Shown piece by piece: positions 1-9,582 of a DNA stretch of 53,408 nucleotides; position 1 is the stretch's first letter, and every line of letters starts with the position of its first letter. Source of the stretch: Balneolaceae bacterium (GTDB taxonomy: Bacteria; Bacteroidota; Rhodothermia; Balneolales; Balneolaceae); assembly GCA_007135335.1 (NCBI GenBank), contig SLJB01000188.1, positions 1 to 53,408 of the forward strand, read 5' to 3'. Below the pieces are notes generated by a model, which was not told the DNA's origin, searched no databases, and worked only from the letters and a program-made list of their open reading frames with translations. The position numbers were made by a program, and so were the translations under genes.

Positions 1-2
1 AA

Positions 3-1034
3 CTTTCAGCTATTGATGGTATTGTGAGCGTTTTCAGCTCGGCAGATCAGGGACGGCCGGAACTTCGTGTGGAGATGGATCGTGAACGCATAGCCCGCGT
101 TGGAATGACCACATCTCAGGTTGCAACAGCACTCAGTAATTCCGTTCAGGGTTCGGTGGCCACAACGTTTGTTGATCAGGGTATTGAATTTGAAGTATTG
201 GTTGAAGTAGATCCAATGGATCGTTCACAATCCACATCCCTTCAGGATTTACAGATTCAAACACCCGGCGGTGAGTGGATGCCGCTTCGCAATCTGGCAA
301 ACATCACAAGATTCACAGGGCCATCAAATATTCTGCGGGTTAATCAGGAGCGAATGGTTGAAGTAGAAGCTGATCTAGGCGATCTCGACCTGCGCTCAGC
401 AACAGAACTGGCAAGCCAAAGACTCAGTGCTATCGACTGGCCGGAAGGGTATCGCTACGAACTGGGTGGTTCATCAGAAGAGCAGCAGGAATCATTCCGT
501 TTCCTTCTCATAGCTTTCATGATTGCGGGTATACTTACCTATATGGTAATGGCTTCTCAGTTTGAAAGCCTGGTTGAGCCGCTCATCATCATTGTTACCA
601 TTCCGCTTGCCCTCACAGGAGTACTGCTTATGCTGCTGTTTACATCAACCCCGGTGAGTGTTACGGCTATGGTTGGCCTGGTTCTGCTTACCGGTATTGT
701 GGTTAATAACGGTATTGTGATGATTGATTACATCAAAATTTTGCAATCACGCGGGCAAAATCGCCACGATGCTATTGTGAACGGAGCGGGACGAAGGCTT
801 CGCCCCATTCTGATGACAGCATTTACAACCATATTGGCCATGGTGCCGCTTGCACTGCAGCTTGGAGCCGGTGCAGAAACCTGGAGTCCGATGGCCCGGG
901 CGGTTATCGGAGGGCTGGCAATGTCTACCCTGCTTATGCTTTTTGCAGTGCCTTGCATGTATTACCTGATCAACTCACTCGTTGAAAAAGCAGGGTTCGA
1001 TGCAGTTCACAAAGAAGATCCATTAATTGATTAG
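3..1034 (+). CDS. RND efflux transporter permease (AcrB/AcrD/AcrF family), 5'-truncated by the window edge
   Basis: The frame is open from base 3. It carries the C-terminal RND half: YMVMASQFESL, IPLALTG, GIVVNNGIVMID, RLRPILMT and WSPMARAVIGGL. Confidence 0.93.
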   Translation, partial: LSAIDGIVSVFSSADQGRPELRVEMDRERIARVGMTTSQVATALSNSVQGSVATTFVDQGIEFEVLVEVDPMDRSQSTSLQDLQIQTPGGEWMPLRNLANITRFTGPSNILRVNQERMVEVEADLGDLDLRSATELASQRLSAIDWPEGYRYELGGSSEEQQESFRFLLIAFMIAGILTYMVMASQFESLVEPLIIIVTIPLALTGVLLMLLFTSTPVSVTAMVGLVLLTGIVVNNGIVMIDYIKILQSRGQNRHDAIVNGAGRRLRPILMTAFTTILAMVPLALQLGAGAETWSPMARAVIGGLAMSTLLMLFAVPCMYYLINSLVEKAGFDAVHKEDPLID

Positions 1035-1125
1035 ATCATGGAGATATCGGATTGAGCACTCAAAACAATAAGCAACAGATTCAAAAAAACCTGAAAAATG
1101 AACTTTTAACCCTAAGGCGGTTTTT

Positions 1126-4100
1126 GTGAAAAAAATTACCATTACAGAAAAAATCCTGAAGAGACCGGTAACCGCAATCATGATGTCGCTGCTGGTTATT
1201 GGGTTCGGCATCTTTTCACTAACCAATCTCAAGGTAACTCTCTATCCTACATTCAATATTCCGGTGATGGGAATATCCGTAAACTACTCGAATGTAGCGC
1301 CGGATGATATGCTGCGCCTTGTAGTTGAACCGATAGAAGCCGCTGTAATGGGCGTTGAGGGTATTGAATCGCTGGATTCAAATGTTCGGCAGGGCGGGGC
1401 ATTTTTAATTCTACGCCTGAAGCCGGGAACCAGTATCTTGGTAACCGAGCAGAAAGTCAGGGAAGCAGTTGAGCGAATACGCCCGAACCTGCCCTCTGAG
1501 GCGAATGAGCCGTTTATTTTCCAGTTCGACCCCGACCGGGCACCGGTAATGCGCGTGAGTGTTGAGTCCGATGTTATGGGCCTTGATGAACTTCGAACGC
1601 TTTCTGTTGAGTTCATTGAACCCCGCTTTGAGAGAATTCAGGGGGTGGCTTCTGCAGAAACCCGTGGCGGCCTCACCAGAAATATCTATGTGGATATGCT
1701 GCCTGAGGCGCTTGCGCGGCACAATTTACTTCCCGGGCAGGTAGTAGCCGGTATTCGCAATAATAATGTACAGCAACCCATCGGCAGTCTTGTGGCCGAC
1801 CGTACCAGCTACAGCATTCGTGCCCAATCGATGTACACAAATGTTGATCAAATTGCAGAGACCGTTGTAGCCATGAATGGTGATATGCCCGTTCGTGTGC
1901 GGGATGTGGCTGTAGTCCGCGATGATTACGAGGAGATCCGAAGCCTTGTTGAAATTAACGGCAGGAACAGTGTTACGGTAGATATCCAGAAACAATCGGA
2001 TGCCAATACCCTTGAGGTTACACACCAGATTGTACAAACCATGCAGGAGTTTCAGCAGAATCTACCCTCAAGTGTAAGTATGCAAATTCTCAGTAATGAG
2101 GGGCAATTTATTGAGGATTCTATCTCAAACCTTGCGCAGTCAGCACTAATTGCTCTTGTTGTAGTGATTTTGATTTTACTCGTATTTATGGGCGGATGGA
2201 GAATAGCCTTTGTTGTGGCCATGAGCATACCGGTATCCCTCACGGCTACATTTGCAGCCATGTATGCCCTTGATATTACTCTTAACATCATTTCCATTAC
2301 CGGCCTTGCACTTGCCATTGGCCTTTTGGTTGATAATTCCATCGTAGTTTCAGAAAGTATTGCCAATCAGCTTGAAAAAGGGAAAAACAGATTCGATGCA
2401 GCTTTGGCCGGCACTAACGAGGTTGGCGGTGCTCTTCTTGGATCAACCCTCACAACCATCGCTGTATTTATCCCCATTTTAACACTCAGCGGATTTGCCG
2501 GTACGGTAGCCAAAGATCTGGCGATAACAATCTCAATCTCAATTGCATTTTCATTTATTGCCTCTATTGTTTTGATTCCGGTTCTGGCCTCTCTAATCCT
2601 CAAGCGCGAAGAGTTTCTGAAACGCAATAACACTCTCAACTGGATAAAATCACTCGAAACAAATTATATATCCATTCTTGAGTGGATTTTGGCAAGAAAA
2701 TACATTGTAACCATTGGTGTGCTTGGTATCATTTTTGGCGCTAATTATCTCTTTGGTAACATTGAAAAAGAATTTTTCCCGGAAACAGATGAAGGCTCAT
2801 TTGATCTTAGAATTGAACTTCCTGCAGGTACAAATCTTGCCAATACAACAACAACCCTTCGTGATTTTACACAGGTTCTCTTAAATGATTCGGATGTACG
2901 AACGGTAATTACCAACATTGGCAGGTCAGGACGCAGTACCGCTACCAATGCAGGGACACTTAGTATTACCCTGGTTGATGACAAATACCGTGACACACCC
3001 ACATCTGAGGTTGCTTCGAGACTGCAAAACGACCTTCGGGATGATGATATAAGTGTTGAAATTGCAAATCTTGGTGGCAGTGGTGGAATTCCTATGGGGA
3101 GAGGCGGCTGGAGCGGACGTGGTATCCGGGTGAGTTTAATCGGGCCCGATGTTGAAGTACTGCAGCTGCTCACACTTCAAATTGAAGAAGCACTGATCGG
3201 CGATCCGCAGGTGCTATCCGTTAGCAACATGCGAAACCGGCCGGGACCGGAACTGGTTTACGAACTCGACAGAAATCAGATCAGCCGAACCGGACTTTCA
3301 TCCTCTGCAATTGCAACTGAATTAGGAACTCAGGCCCGAGGCACCAGGGCAGGATTTTTCAGGGAAGATGGACGGGAAATCCCTATTCAGGTTCGCAATG
3401 TTCGTGAGCAGTTTCAAAACCGGGAGGATCTTTTTGCACTCGAATTGGCTCAGTATGAAGATCAGCGAATTCCCGTACTCGGGCTGGGTAATTTCAGGGT
3501 GAACGAAACCCTGAACAGCATTACACGGCGCGACCGTGAAACCCTGCTTGATGTGAACGTAATGGTTCGGGGCGATCTGGAAGAGTATCAGAACAGAATA
3601 GAGCAGATGTTTGCAAACAACGAAGTAGTTCTGCCGGATGGATATCGCTACGAATTTGGCGGCTCTGTTTTTGCCCAGCAAGAGAGTGGCAGTGAAATAC
3701 TCTTTGCACTCATGCTGGTTCTGCTTCTCACCTACATGGTAATGGCATCACTCTTTGAAAATCTCAGAGATCCGTTTATTGTGATGCTCTCTGTGCCACT
3801 TGCCTTTTTCGGATCGCTTCTCTTCCTCTATATCACTGGTACTTCGCTCAGTATTCCGGCCTATATAGGCATTGTGATTCTCATCGGTATTGTGGTAAAC
3901 AATGGTATTGTACTTCTGGACTTTATCCACCAAAACACAAAGGGGAGGGAAGATGATATTGACTATCTTGAGCAATTCCTCGAAGCTTGTAAGAGAAGAA
4001 TGCGGCCAATACTGCTTACTGCCATGACTACCATTTTCTCCATGATACCGCTCGCTCTGGAATTAGGTGCCGGCTCTGAAACCTGGAGTCCGCTGGCACG

Positions 4101-4215
4101 TTCAGTAATAGGCGGACTGGCATTCGCTACCATACTTACCTTGTTTGTGGTGCCAACAGTAGCAATTGGAATATCCAGAAAACGCAGAAAGAAAATTAAA
4201 CAAGCTCTCAGCTAA
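1126..4215 (+). CDS. RND efflux transporter permease (AcrB/AcrD/AcrF family)
   Basis: 1029 aa with a GTG start. It has the N-terminal KRPV + TM1, GLLVDNSIVV (TM4), EFFPETDEG, GIVVNNGIV and RMRPILLT motifs. Confidence 0.95.
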   Translation: MKKITITEKILKRPVTAIMMSLLVIGFGIFSLTNLKVTLYPTFNIPVMGISVNYSNVAPDDMLRLVVEPIEAAVMGVEGIESLDSNVRQGGAFLILRLKPGTSILVTEQKVREAVERIRPNLPSEANEPFIFQFDPDRAPVMRVSVESDVMGLDELRTLSVEFIEPRFERIQGVASAETRGGLTRNIYVDMLPEALARHNLLPGQVVAGIRNNNVQQPIGSLVADRTSYSIRAQSMYTNVDQIAETVVAMNGDMPVRVRDVAVVRDDYEEIRSLVEINGRNSVTVDIQKQSDANTLEVTHQIVQTMQEFQQNLPSSVSMQILSNEGQFIEDSISNLAQSALIALVVVILILLVFMGGWRIAFVVAMSIPVSLTATFAAMYALDITLNIISITGLALAIGLLVDNSIVVSESIANQLEKGKNRFDAALAGTNEVGGALLGSTLTTIAVFIPILTLSGFAGTVAKDLAITISISIAFSFIASIVLIPVLASLILKREEFLKRNNTLNWIKSLETNYISILEWILARKYIVTIGVLGIIFGANYLFGNIEKEFFPETDEGSFDLRIELPAGTNLANTTTTLRDFTQVLLNDSDVRTVITNIGRSGRSTATNAGTLSITLVDDKYRDTPTSEVASRLQNDLRDDDISVEIANLGGSGGIPMGRGGWSGRGIRVSLIGPDVEVLQLLTLQIEEALIGDPQVLSVSNMRNRPGPELVYELDRNQISRTGLSSSAIATELGTQARGTRAGFFREDGREIPIQVRNVREQFQNREDLFALELAQYEDQRIPVLGLGNFRVNETLNSITRRDRETLLDVNVMVRGDLEEYQNRIEQMFANNEVVLPDGYRYEFGGSVFAQQESGSEILFALMLVLLLTYMVMASLFENLRDPFIVMLSVPLAFFGSLLFLYITGTSLSIPAYIGIVILIGIVVNNGIVLLDFIHQNTKGREDDIDYLEQFLEACKRRMRPILLTAMTTIFSMIPLALELGAGSETWSPLARSVIGGLAFATILTLFVVPTVAIGISRKRRKKIKQALS

Positions 4216-4973
4216 CCAATTTTCTCTATGTAGCTTTCCGTTTTCTTATGCAGAGCCATGGAAAGCTCTTTCCGGTCAGACGAAACTACGGCATCCTCAC
4301 CAAAGTGGATGCTGCATCGGATTGCGCGATTCTGCGCCATTTTATAGAAATGTTTTCCAAAAGACTCCCGTGCACCATAAAAACAAACACTTTCTGATGC
4401 AGGCAGATCTTTTTCTGTAGTCTGATAGGAGATAGCAGCGGCATAAACCGGCAGTTTTACCGTTGCAGGATAATCAAGAAGTGACGGTTTAAATGGAAGA
4501 ATGGTTTTACCGCCTGATGTTGTGCCCTCCGGAAATATCACCAAACCCTGATATTTATTCAATGTATCAGAAATAACACGGTTTACCCTGATTACATCTT
4601 TTCGATTTTGCCTGTCAATAAAAATGACCCCCATTGTTTTAACCATAAATCCGAGAACAGGCCAGTTCTCCACCTCTTTTTTGGCTACAAATGTACATCG
4701 TGTAAAGATGAAAAGAGGCAGAATGTCAAGGTAACTCAGATGATTTAAAACTAGAAAAAAAGGTGCCCGTGGCGGGCTTCCTGTCATTTCATAGCTGATA
4801 TTCAAGATTTTTGAGTTCCCCTTTGAAATAGACCTCATTGCAAAATTTCTAAGTGGTTCGTGACGAGCACCAGCCGGAATAAAAAGGATGTAGAAAAAGA
4901 AATAAATGGTGTAAAGTGTCACCGTGTAAAGTATGACAAGCAAAATCTTAAGTACAGCCCTGATGTGCCTCAT
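4212..4973 (-). CDS. Lysophospholipid/lyso-aminolipid O-acyltransferase (PlsC/OlsA family)
   Basis: HX4D motif NHLSYLD, FVAKKE, FIDR, FPEGT and an N-terminal hydrophobic helix. Confidence 0.9.
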   Translation of the reverse strand: MRHIRAVLKILLVILYTVTLYTIYFFFYILFIPAGARHEPLRNFAMRSISKGNSKILNISYEMTGSPPRAPFFLVLNHLSYLDILPLFIFTRCTFVAKKEVENWPVLGFMVKTMGVIFIDRQNRKDVIRVNRVISDTLNKYQGLVIFPEGTTSGGKTILPFKPSLLDYPATVKLPVYAAAISYQTTEKDLPASESVCFYGARESFGKHFYKMAQNRAIRCSIHFGEDAVVSSDRKELSMALHKKTESYIEKIG

Positions 4974-4998
4974 ACGGTAACCGTATTAGTCGGATATT

Positions 4999-5754
4999 TT
5001 ATTTGCCAAAAAATAATTTTCTGGTTCGGTCAGTAATGGTTTCAATGTCGAGCAGTATAAGAAAATGTATTATGTTTAATATGCTATCATGTGCAGGTTT
5101 ACTGCAAACTTTCGTGCCAACCTCAATATAATTTTTAAGAAGGGGTGGAATATCAATATCCTCCACACCATTTTTCCTGGATGGATCTGCCTTATAGGTA
5201 TCTTTCACCTCAATATCATACCGATCATGTAAATGAGATGATTCTGCAAGATGTTTATATGTGTTCAATGCAACAAGTACGTTTGCAGTATCGAGAGCTG
5301 AGTAGCCAAAAAGGTAGCGCTTTTGAAAGTACTCCAGGTATCCGGCCAGGCCTTTCCAAAGCAAAAAAAGAACACGCCCATTTCTGTGATCAGGGTGGAT
5401 ACAGGCCCTGCCCACTTCAACTGCATTTTTTAGCACATCTTCAGGGAATTGTTCAATATGAAATCGCTTGCTGGTATAAAAACCTTCAGCTTTGGTTGCC
5501 ATTTCCCACGTCTGAAGTCTGTAGGTGCCAATCACGGCATCGCTTTCAATATGCCTGACGATCAGGTGGTGGCTCTGATCATCGTACTTGTCGTAATCCC
5601 TTGAATTGGTAAATGTGAAATTTCGATGCAATTCTTTACCAAAGACATCGAACCGAAGCCTTAATGCCGCATCAACATCTTGTTCAGTTTGGGCTATTTC
5701 TACAATATACTGCTGTGTCTTTAAATCGATGAGAATAGGGTGTTTTTCAATCAA
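4999..5754 (-). CDS. GNAT-family amino-acid N-acyltransferase (OlsB-like)
   Basis: LRLRFDVFGKEL, DYDKYDDQSHHLIV, IGTYRL, EVGRACIHPDHRNG, LLWKGL and PPLLKNY. TTG start, 25 bp upstream of the PlsC-family gene. Confidence 0.85.
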   Translation of the reverse strand: MIEKHPILIDLKTQQYIVEIAQTEQDVDAALRLRFDVFGKELHRNFTFTNSRDYDKYDDQSHHLIVRHIESDAVIGTYRLQTWEMATKAEGFYTSKRFHIEQFPEDVLKNAVEVGRACIHPDHRNGRVLFLLWKGLAGYLEYFQKRYLFGYSALDTANVLVALNTYKHLAESSHLHDRYDIEVKDTYKADPSRKNGVEDIDIPPLLKNYIEVGTKVCSKPAHDSILNIIHFLILLDIETITDRTRKLFFGK

Positions 5755-6014
5755 ACTGTATGTATTCTTTTTAATATTTAGTCCAAAAAAAATCTATTTC
5801 AGCTAACGCTCTATACTGATCTGACAGACCTGATAGGTTCTGCATTTAATTTGTAAATATGCAGCCGATTCAATTCCTAAAGTGTGATTCTAACTTCATA
5901 ATGATTCCTTAAAACTGAGAATAATTATTCTAAAATACAACAACTCAAATACATGTTACAAAAGCTTAAAACACTGACTAATAGATTAGAAAATAATATT
6001 TTATACAAAAAATC

Positions 6015-6034
6015 AATGTTAAGAAATTAACATT
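6015..6034. promoter_or_regulatory. Inverted repeat AATGTTAA-N4-TTAACATT, candidate transcription-factor site
   Basis: Perfect 8-bp arms in the divergent intergenic region, 35 bp upstream of the MFS gene. The AT-rich context raises the chance of coincidence. Confidence 0.4.
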
Positions 6035-6069
6035 ATTGAAAGAGCACAAACCTTTTTTAATCACTACCT

Positions 6070-7281
6070 TTGAGCTCATTTACTTTCAATGATACTCAGA
6101 AATTGAAGTCCGAAACTGAACAGACTGCCTTACGAAAAGATCTGAATCTCTATGTGATATTTGGTGTAACCCTTACTGCCGTAATGGGAGTATCGAGTAT
6201 AGCGCCGGCAATGCCCTCCATCTCTCATTCACTTGATGTATCAACAGATAAAATCGGGCTGCTGATCACCTTCTTTACATTACCCGGAATTATTTTAACA
6301 CCCATTCTGGGAATCATGGCTGATCGTTACGGCAGAAAAAGAGTGCTTGTCCCCTCTTTGTTTGTATTTGGTATAGCAGGTACCGCTTGTGCGTATGCTA
6401 CATCGTTTGAACAGCTTCTTCTTTTCAGGGCTTTTCAGGGAATGGGGAGTGCTTCACTGGGTGCACTGAATCTTACTTTGATCGGCGATTTATATTCCGA
6501 TAACAATCGTGCAAAAGTTATGGGGTATAATGGCAGCGTTTTAAGTGTTGGTACTGCAGCTTATCCGGCAATAGGTGGTGCATTAACACTACTCGGCTGG
6601 CACTACCCATTTTATCTTACATTGCTCGCCATCCCCGTTGGGCTTTTTGCCATTTTCTACCTGAAACCCAGTGAGCTAAATAACGGGATGAAACTACAGC
6701 TCTATTTTAGTGAGATTGGAAGCGCATTAAAGTCCAAGCTTGTTTTAGGGTTATTTGCCGGTATGTTTCTCACCTTTATCATGCTTTATGGTGGCTATAT
6801 TACGTTTTTCACAATACTTCTGGATGAACGCTTTGAGAAGAGTGCATTAATGATCGGCTTGATTTTGTCAGGTTCTTCACTTATTACTGCTATCACATCT
6901 GCACAGCTTGGCAGATTAACACTTCGTTTCAGTGAAAAAAACCTTATTCTAACAGCCTCTATACTCTATTTCATCATTTTTCTATCCATTCCGTCCATCA
7001 CAAATATCTGGTATTTCATATTCCCTATCAGCCTGTTCGGCATAGCACAAGGCATTAATATTCCAAGCATTTTAAACCTCTTAACGGGGCATGCTGCCAA
7101 AGAATACAGAGCAGCATTTCTTTCCATTAACTGGATGATTATGCGTTTTGGACAGGCACTGGGCCCATACCTTCTGGGTCTTGTGTACCTCTCTTATCAT
7201 ATTGATGGTACATTCTATTTCACCGCTTTAGCTGCGGCTCTCTTCATTTTGGTAAACCTGACTCTTGTAAGAAATGTGTAG
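6070..7281 (+). CDS. MFS transporter (drug:H+ antiporter-like)
   Basis: About 12 hydrophobic segments, MFS motif A (GIMADRYGRKRVL) and FRAFQGMG. Exact start uncertain (TTG). Confidence 0.9.
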   Translation: MSSFTFNDTQKLKSETEQTALRKDLNLYVIFGVTLTAVMGVSSIAPAMPSISHSLDVSTDKIGLLITFFTLPGIILTPILGIMADRYGRKRVLVPSLFVFGIAGTACAYATSFEQLLLFRAFQGMGSASLGALNLTLIGDLYSDNNRAKVMGYNGSVLSVGTAAYPAIGGALTLLGWHYPFYLTLLAIPVGLFAIFYLKPSELNNGMKLQLYFSEIGSALKSKLVLGLFAGMFLTFIMLYGGYITFFTILLDERFEKSALMIGLILSGSSLITAITSAQLGRLTLRFSEKNLILTASILYFIIFLSIPSITNIWYFIFPISLFGIAQGINIPSILNLLTGHAAKEYRAAFLSINWMIMRFGQALGPYLLGLVYLSYHIDGTFYFTALAAALFILVNLTLVRNV

Positions 7282-7282
7282 T

Positions 7283-8044
7283 TCAGATCCAGTCAATTTC
7301 CGCATCATTTGCCCGGCTGATGCCAACATACTGTTCAAAGATTTCAGCGAGTGAAGAATCTTTCTGCAACTCTTTTCGCGAAACAGAATCCAGGTAGGCA
7401 ACAATATGGCCGTTGTGTAATATGGCGATATCATCACAAAGATTTTCCACAACTTCAAGAATGTGGCTTGTAATGAAAATGGTGGTTCCCCTCTCCTTCA
7501 TTTTTCTGATTACGGTTTTCATTCGTCCGATTGAAATTACATCCACACTTTCAAACGGTTCATCCAAAAAAAGAAGCTTTGGATTTACGAGTACAGCTGC
7601 ACAGAACGATAATTTTTTCCTGCTCCCGGACGAGAGCTGTTTTGCCTGCACATAGCGAAATTCCTCAATCTCGAAGTAACTGAACAGTGAGCTTATTTTG
7701 GTATCCAGATCATCCGGTACCTCTTGATACATTTCACAGATATACTGTACAAATTCAATACTTGTAAAATTCTCGAACAAAAGCGGGGGCTGTAATACCG
7801 ATGATACATCTTTTTTTATCGTAACCTCATTGCTCCTGTTCATCTCAAGATCGTTAATCACAATTTGCCCTTCTTCGCAATTAAGCAGGCCTGTAAGAAT
7901 ACCGATTAATGTGCTTTTACCAGCGCCATTCGGGCCAATCAGCCCAAAGATATTTCCGGTTGGTACCTCAAGGTTCAGACTTTTCAGAACAGGGGCTTTT
8001 CCGTACGATTTTGTAAGATTGCTGATAATTAAAGCTCGTTCCAT
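7283..8044 (-). CDS. ABC transporter ATP-binding protein (CcmA/EcsA-like)
   Basis: Walker A GPNGAGKST, signature LSSGSRKK, Walker B LFLDEP and H-loop ITSH. Confidence 0.93.
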   Translation of the reverse strand: MERALIISNLTKSYGKAPVLKSLNLEVPTGNIFGLIGPNGAGKSTLIGILTGLLNCEEGQIVINDLEMNRSNEVTIKKDVSSVLQPPLLFENFTSIEFVQYICEMYQEVPDDLDTKISSLFSYFEIEEFRYVQAKQLSSGSRKKLSFCAAVLVNPKLLFLDEPFESVDVISIGRMKTVIRKMKERGTTIFITSHILEVVENLCDDIAILHNGHIVAYLDSVSRKELQKDSSLAEIFEQYVGISRANDAEIDWI

Positions 8045-9558
8045 AAGCGTGGTATCACCTTTTGATTAAACGGTTCAGAAATACGGGCCAGTTTTCTTCT
8101 GAAACTAATAAGAAGAAGCAGATTAATTACCATAAGAATTGATATGTGGTACCACACAAAGCTCTCTATAATGAAAAAGGTAAAGATACCGATAATCATC
8201 ACAATAAATACGGATGAAAACGTGATGGAAGCAGGCAACACAGGGTTTGATACAGACATAACACTCACCTCTTCAATCTTCTTATAATTGCTGATGCTGC
8301 TCCTGAGGATATAGTGCAGAAAAAACAGCGAAATCATAATGATGCCCATATGAATTTGCAGCATTGCAGGAATCGATTCTATGAACACAGGCACTAAAAT
8401 CAACACAACGCTGGAACCGGCAAGGCAAACAAGAAGAGCTGCTTTAATTCTCTCCCTCACAACGGTTTCCATTTTCATGGGCAACTGGAGTGAAAGCAGA
8501 ATTTCACGGTTTTCAAACCCAAACATGTTAGTAAGTAATACCATCAAAAAGATGATGGGAATGAGTGTGAGAAACACACCGATAACGTATGTATCATTCC
8601 CAAGAAAAACGATATATGGTATTACAAATACGTAGGTAATTAAGAGTTGAATTTTACTGTATTTATGGCTCCAAACAGCATGAAAGTATTTACCCCCTTC
8701 ATGCCCCAGCCATTTAATAAAGAGCGCAAGCTGACTCTTTTTGTTGATCTTCGAGGATGATTGGGGAGGAGAAAGCAGTGCTTCCTTTGTGTTTAGCATC
8801 ATGTCCCGGTTAACCACAACAAAGAGAAACAACAGTAGTGCCATGAGGAAGTAGTGAACGGCACTGCTTGTAAGAAGATTTCCAGCATAATAGAATAGAT
8901 AACCCGGAGTGTATATAAGCCATTTGTTGAGATAGTCAGCTGCAACATCGGGTGAACTTATATATGGAGTAAAGTCCAGATAGACGGCCATCAATACAAA
9001 AAAGAGAACGAATGTACCAACTACTGCGCTTACATGTTTAAACCGATCAGCTGAAAAAATTCTGAATCGCCATTTCAGTGAACTTATCACTCCGTAGTTC
9101 ACAAAAACAAGAATAGCAACCATTGCAACATGTGTGGCAGAACCTGCCATGCTGATCATATATATCAGCCAGACAAAAAGAAAAATTACATTTAACGGAT
9201 GGAGAAAGCCAGCCATATTCAGAAACCAGGCTAGTTTATTGGCCGACATACCAAATGAGAGTAACTTTCGATTTTCATTTAGCTGCAAGCGGCTGATCTT
9301 CACAAAAAAGATTTGTGAGAACCACAATGAATTCAAAAATATAATATGAGCCATATACTGAACATCTTCAGTTATCCATGAATAGAACTGCCGTGCCTGT
9401 TCAACGTCGTCCATAAAGATGAGGATCAGAATTACCCCGAGAAACTGTCCCAGAATAAGCAGTAAAAAGATGGAGTAGAACAACATGGCAGCAATCTCCA
9501 CCCCTGCCAGCGAACGCCACCAGATTCTTGCATTTAACGATGCAAATTGTTTCAGCAT
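8029..9558 (-). CDS. Multi-pass membrane protein, probable ABC permease partner
   Basis: 509 aa with about 12 TM segments. Its stop overlaps the ABC ATPase start. Confidence 0.7.
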   Translation of the reverse strand: MLKQFASLNARIWWRSLAGVEIAAMLFYSIFLLLILGQFLGVILILIFMDDVEQARQFYSWITEDVQYMAHIIFLNSLWFSQIFFVKISRLQLNENRKLLSFGMSANKLAWFLNMAGFLHPLNVIFLFVWLIYMISMAGSATHVAMVAILVFVNYGVISSLKWRFRIFSADRFKHVSAVVGTFVLFFVLMAVYLDFTPYISSPDVAADYLNKWLIYTPGYLFYYAGNLLTSSAVHYFLMALLLFLFVVVNRDMMLNTKEALLSPPQSSSKINKKSQLALFIKWLGHEGGKYFHAVWSHKYSKIQLLITYVFVIPYIVFLGNDTYVIGVFLTLIPIIFLMVLLTNMFGFENREILLSLQLPMKMETVVRERIKAALLVCLAGSSVVLILVPVFIESIPAMLQIHMGIIMISLFFLHYILRSSISNYKKIEEVSVMSVSNPVLPASITFSSVFIVMIIGIFTFFIIESFVWYHISILMVINLLLLISFRRKLARISEPFNQKVIPRLWNEL

Positions 9559-9582
9559 AACTTCATGGTATGAAGAGATTTA

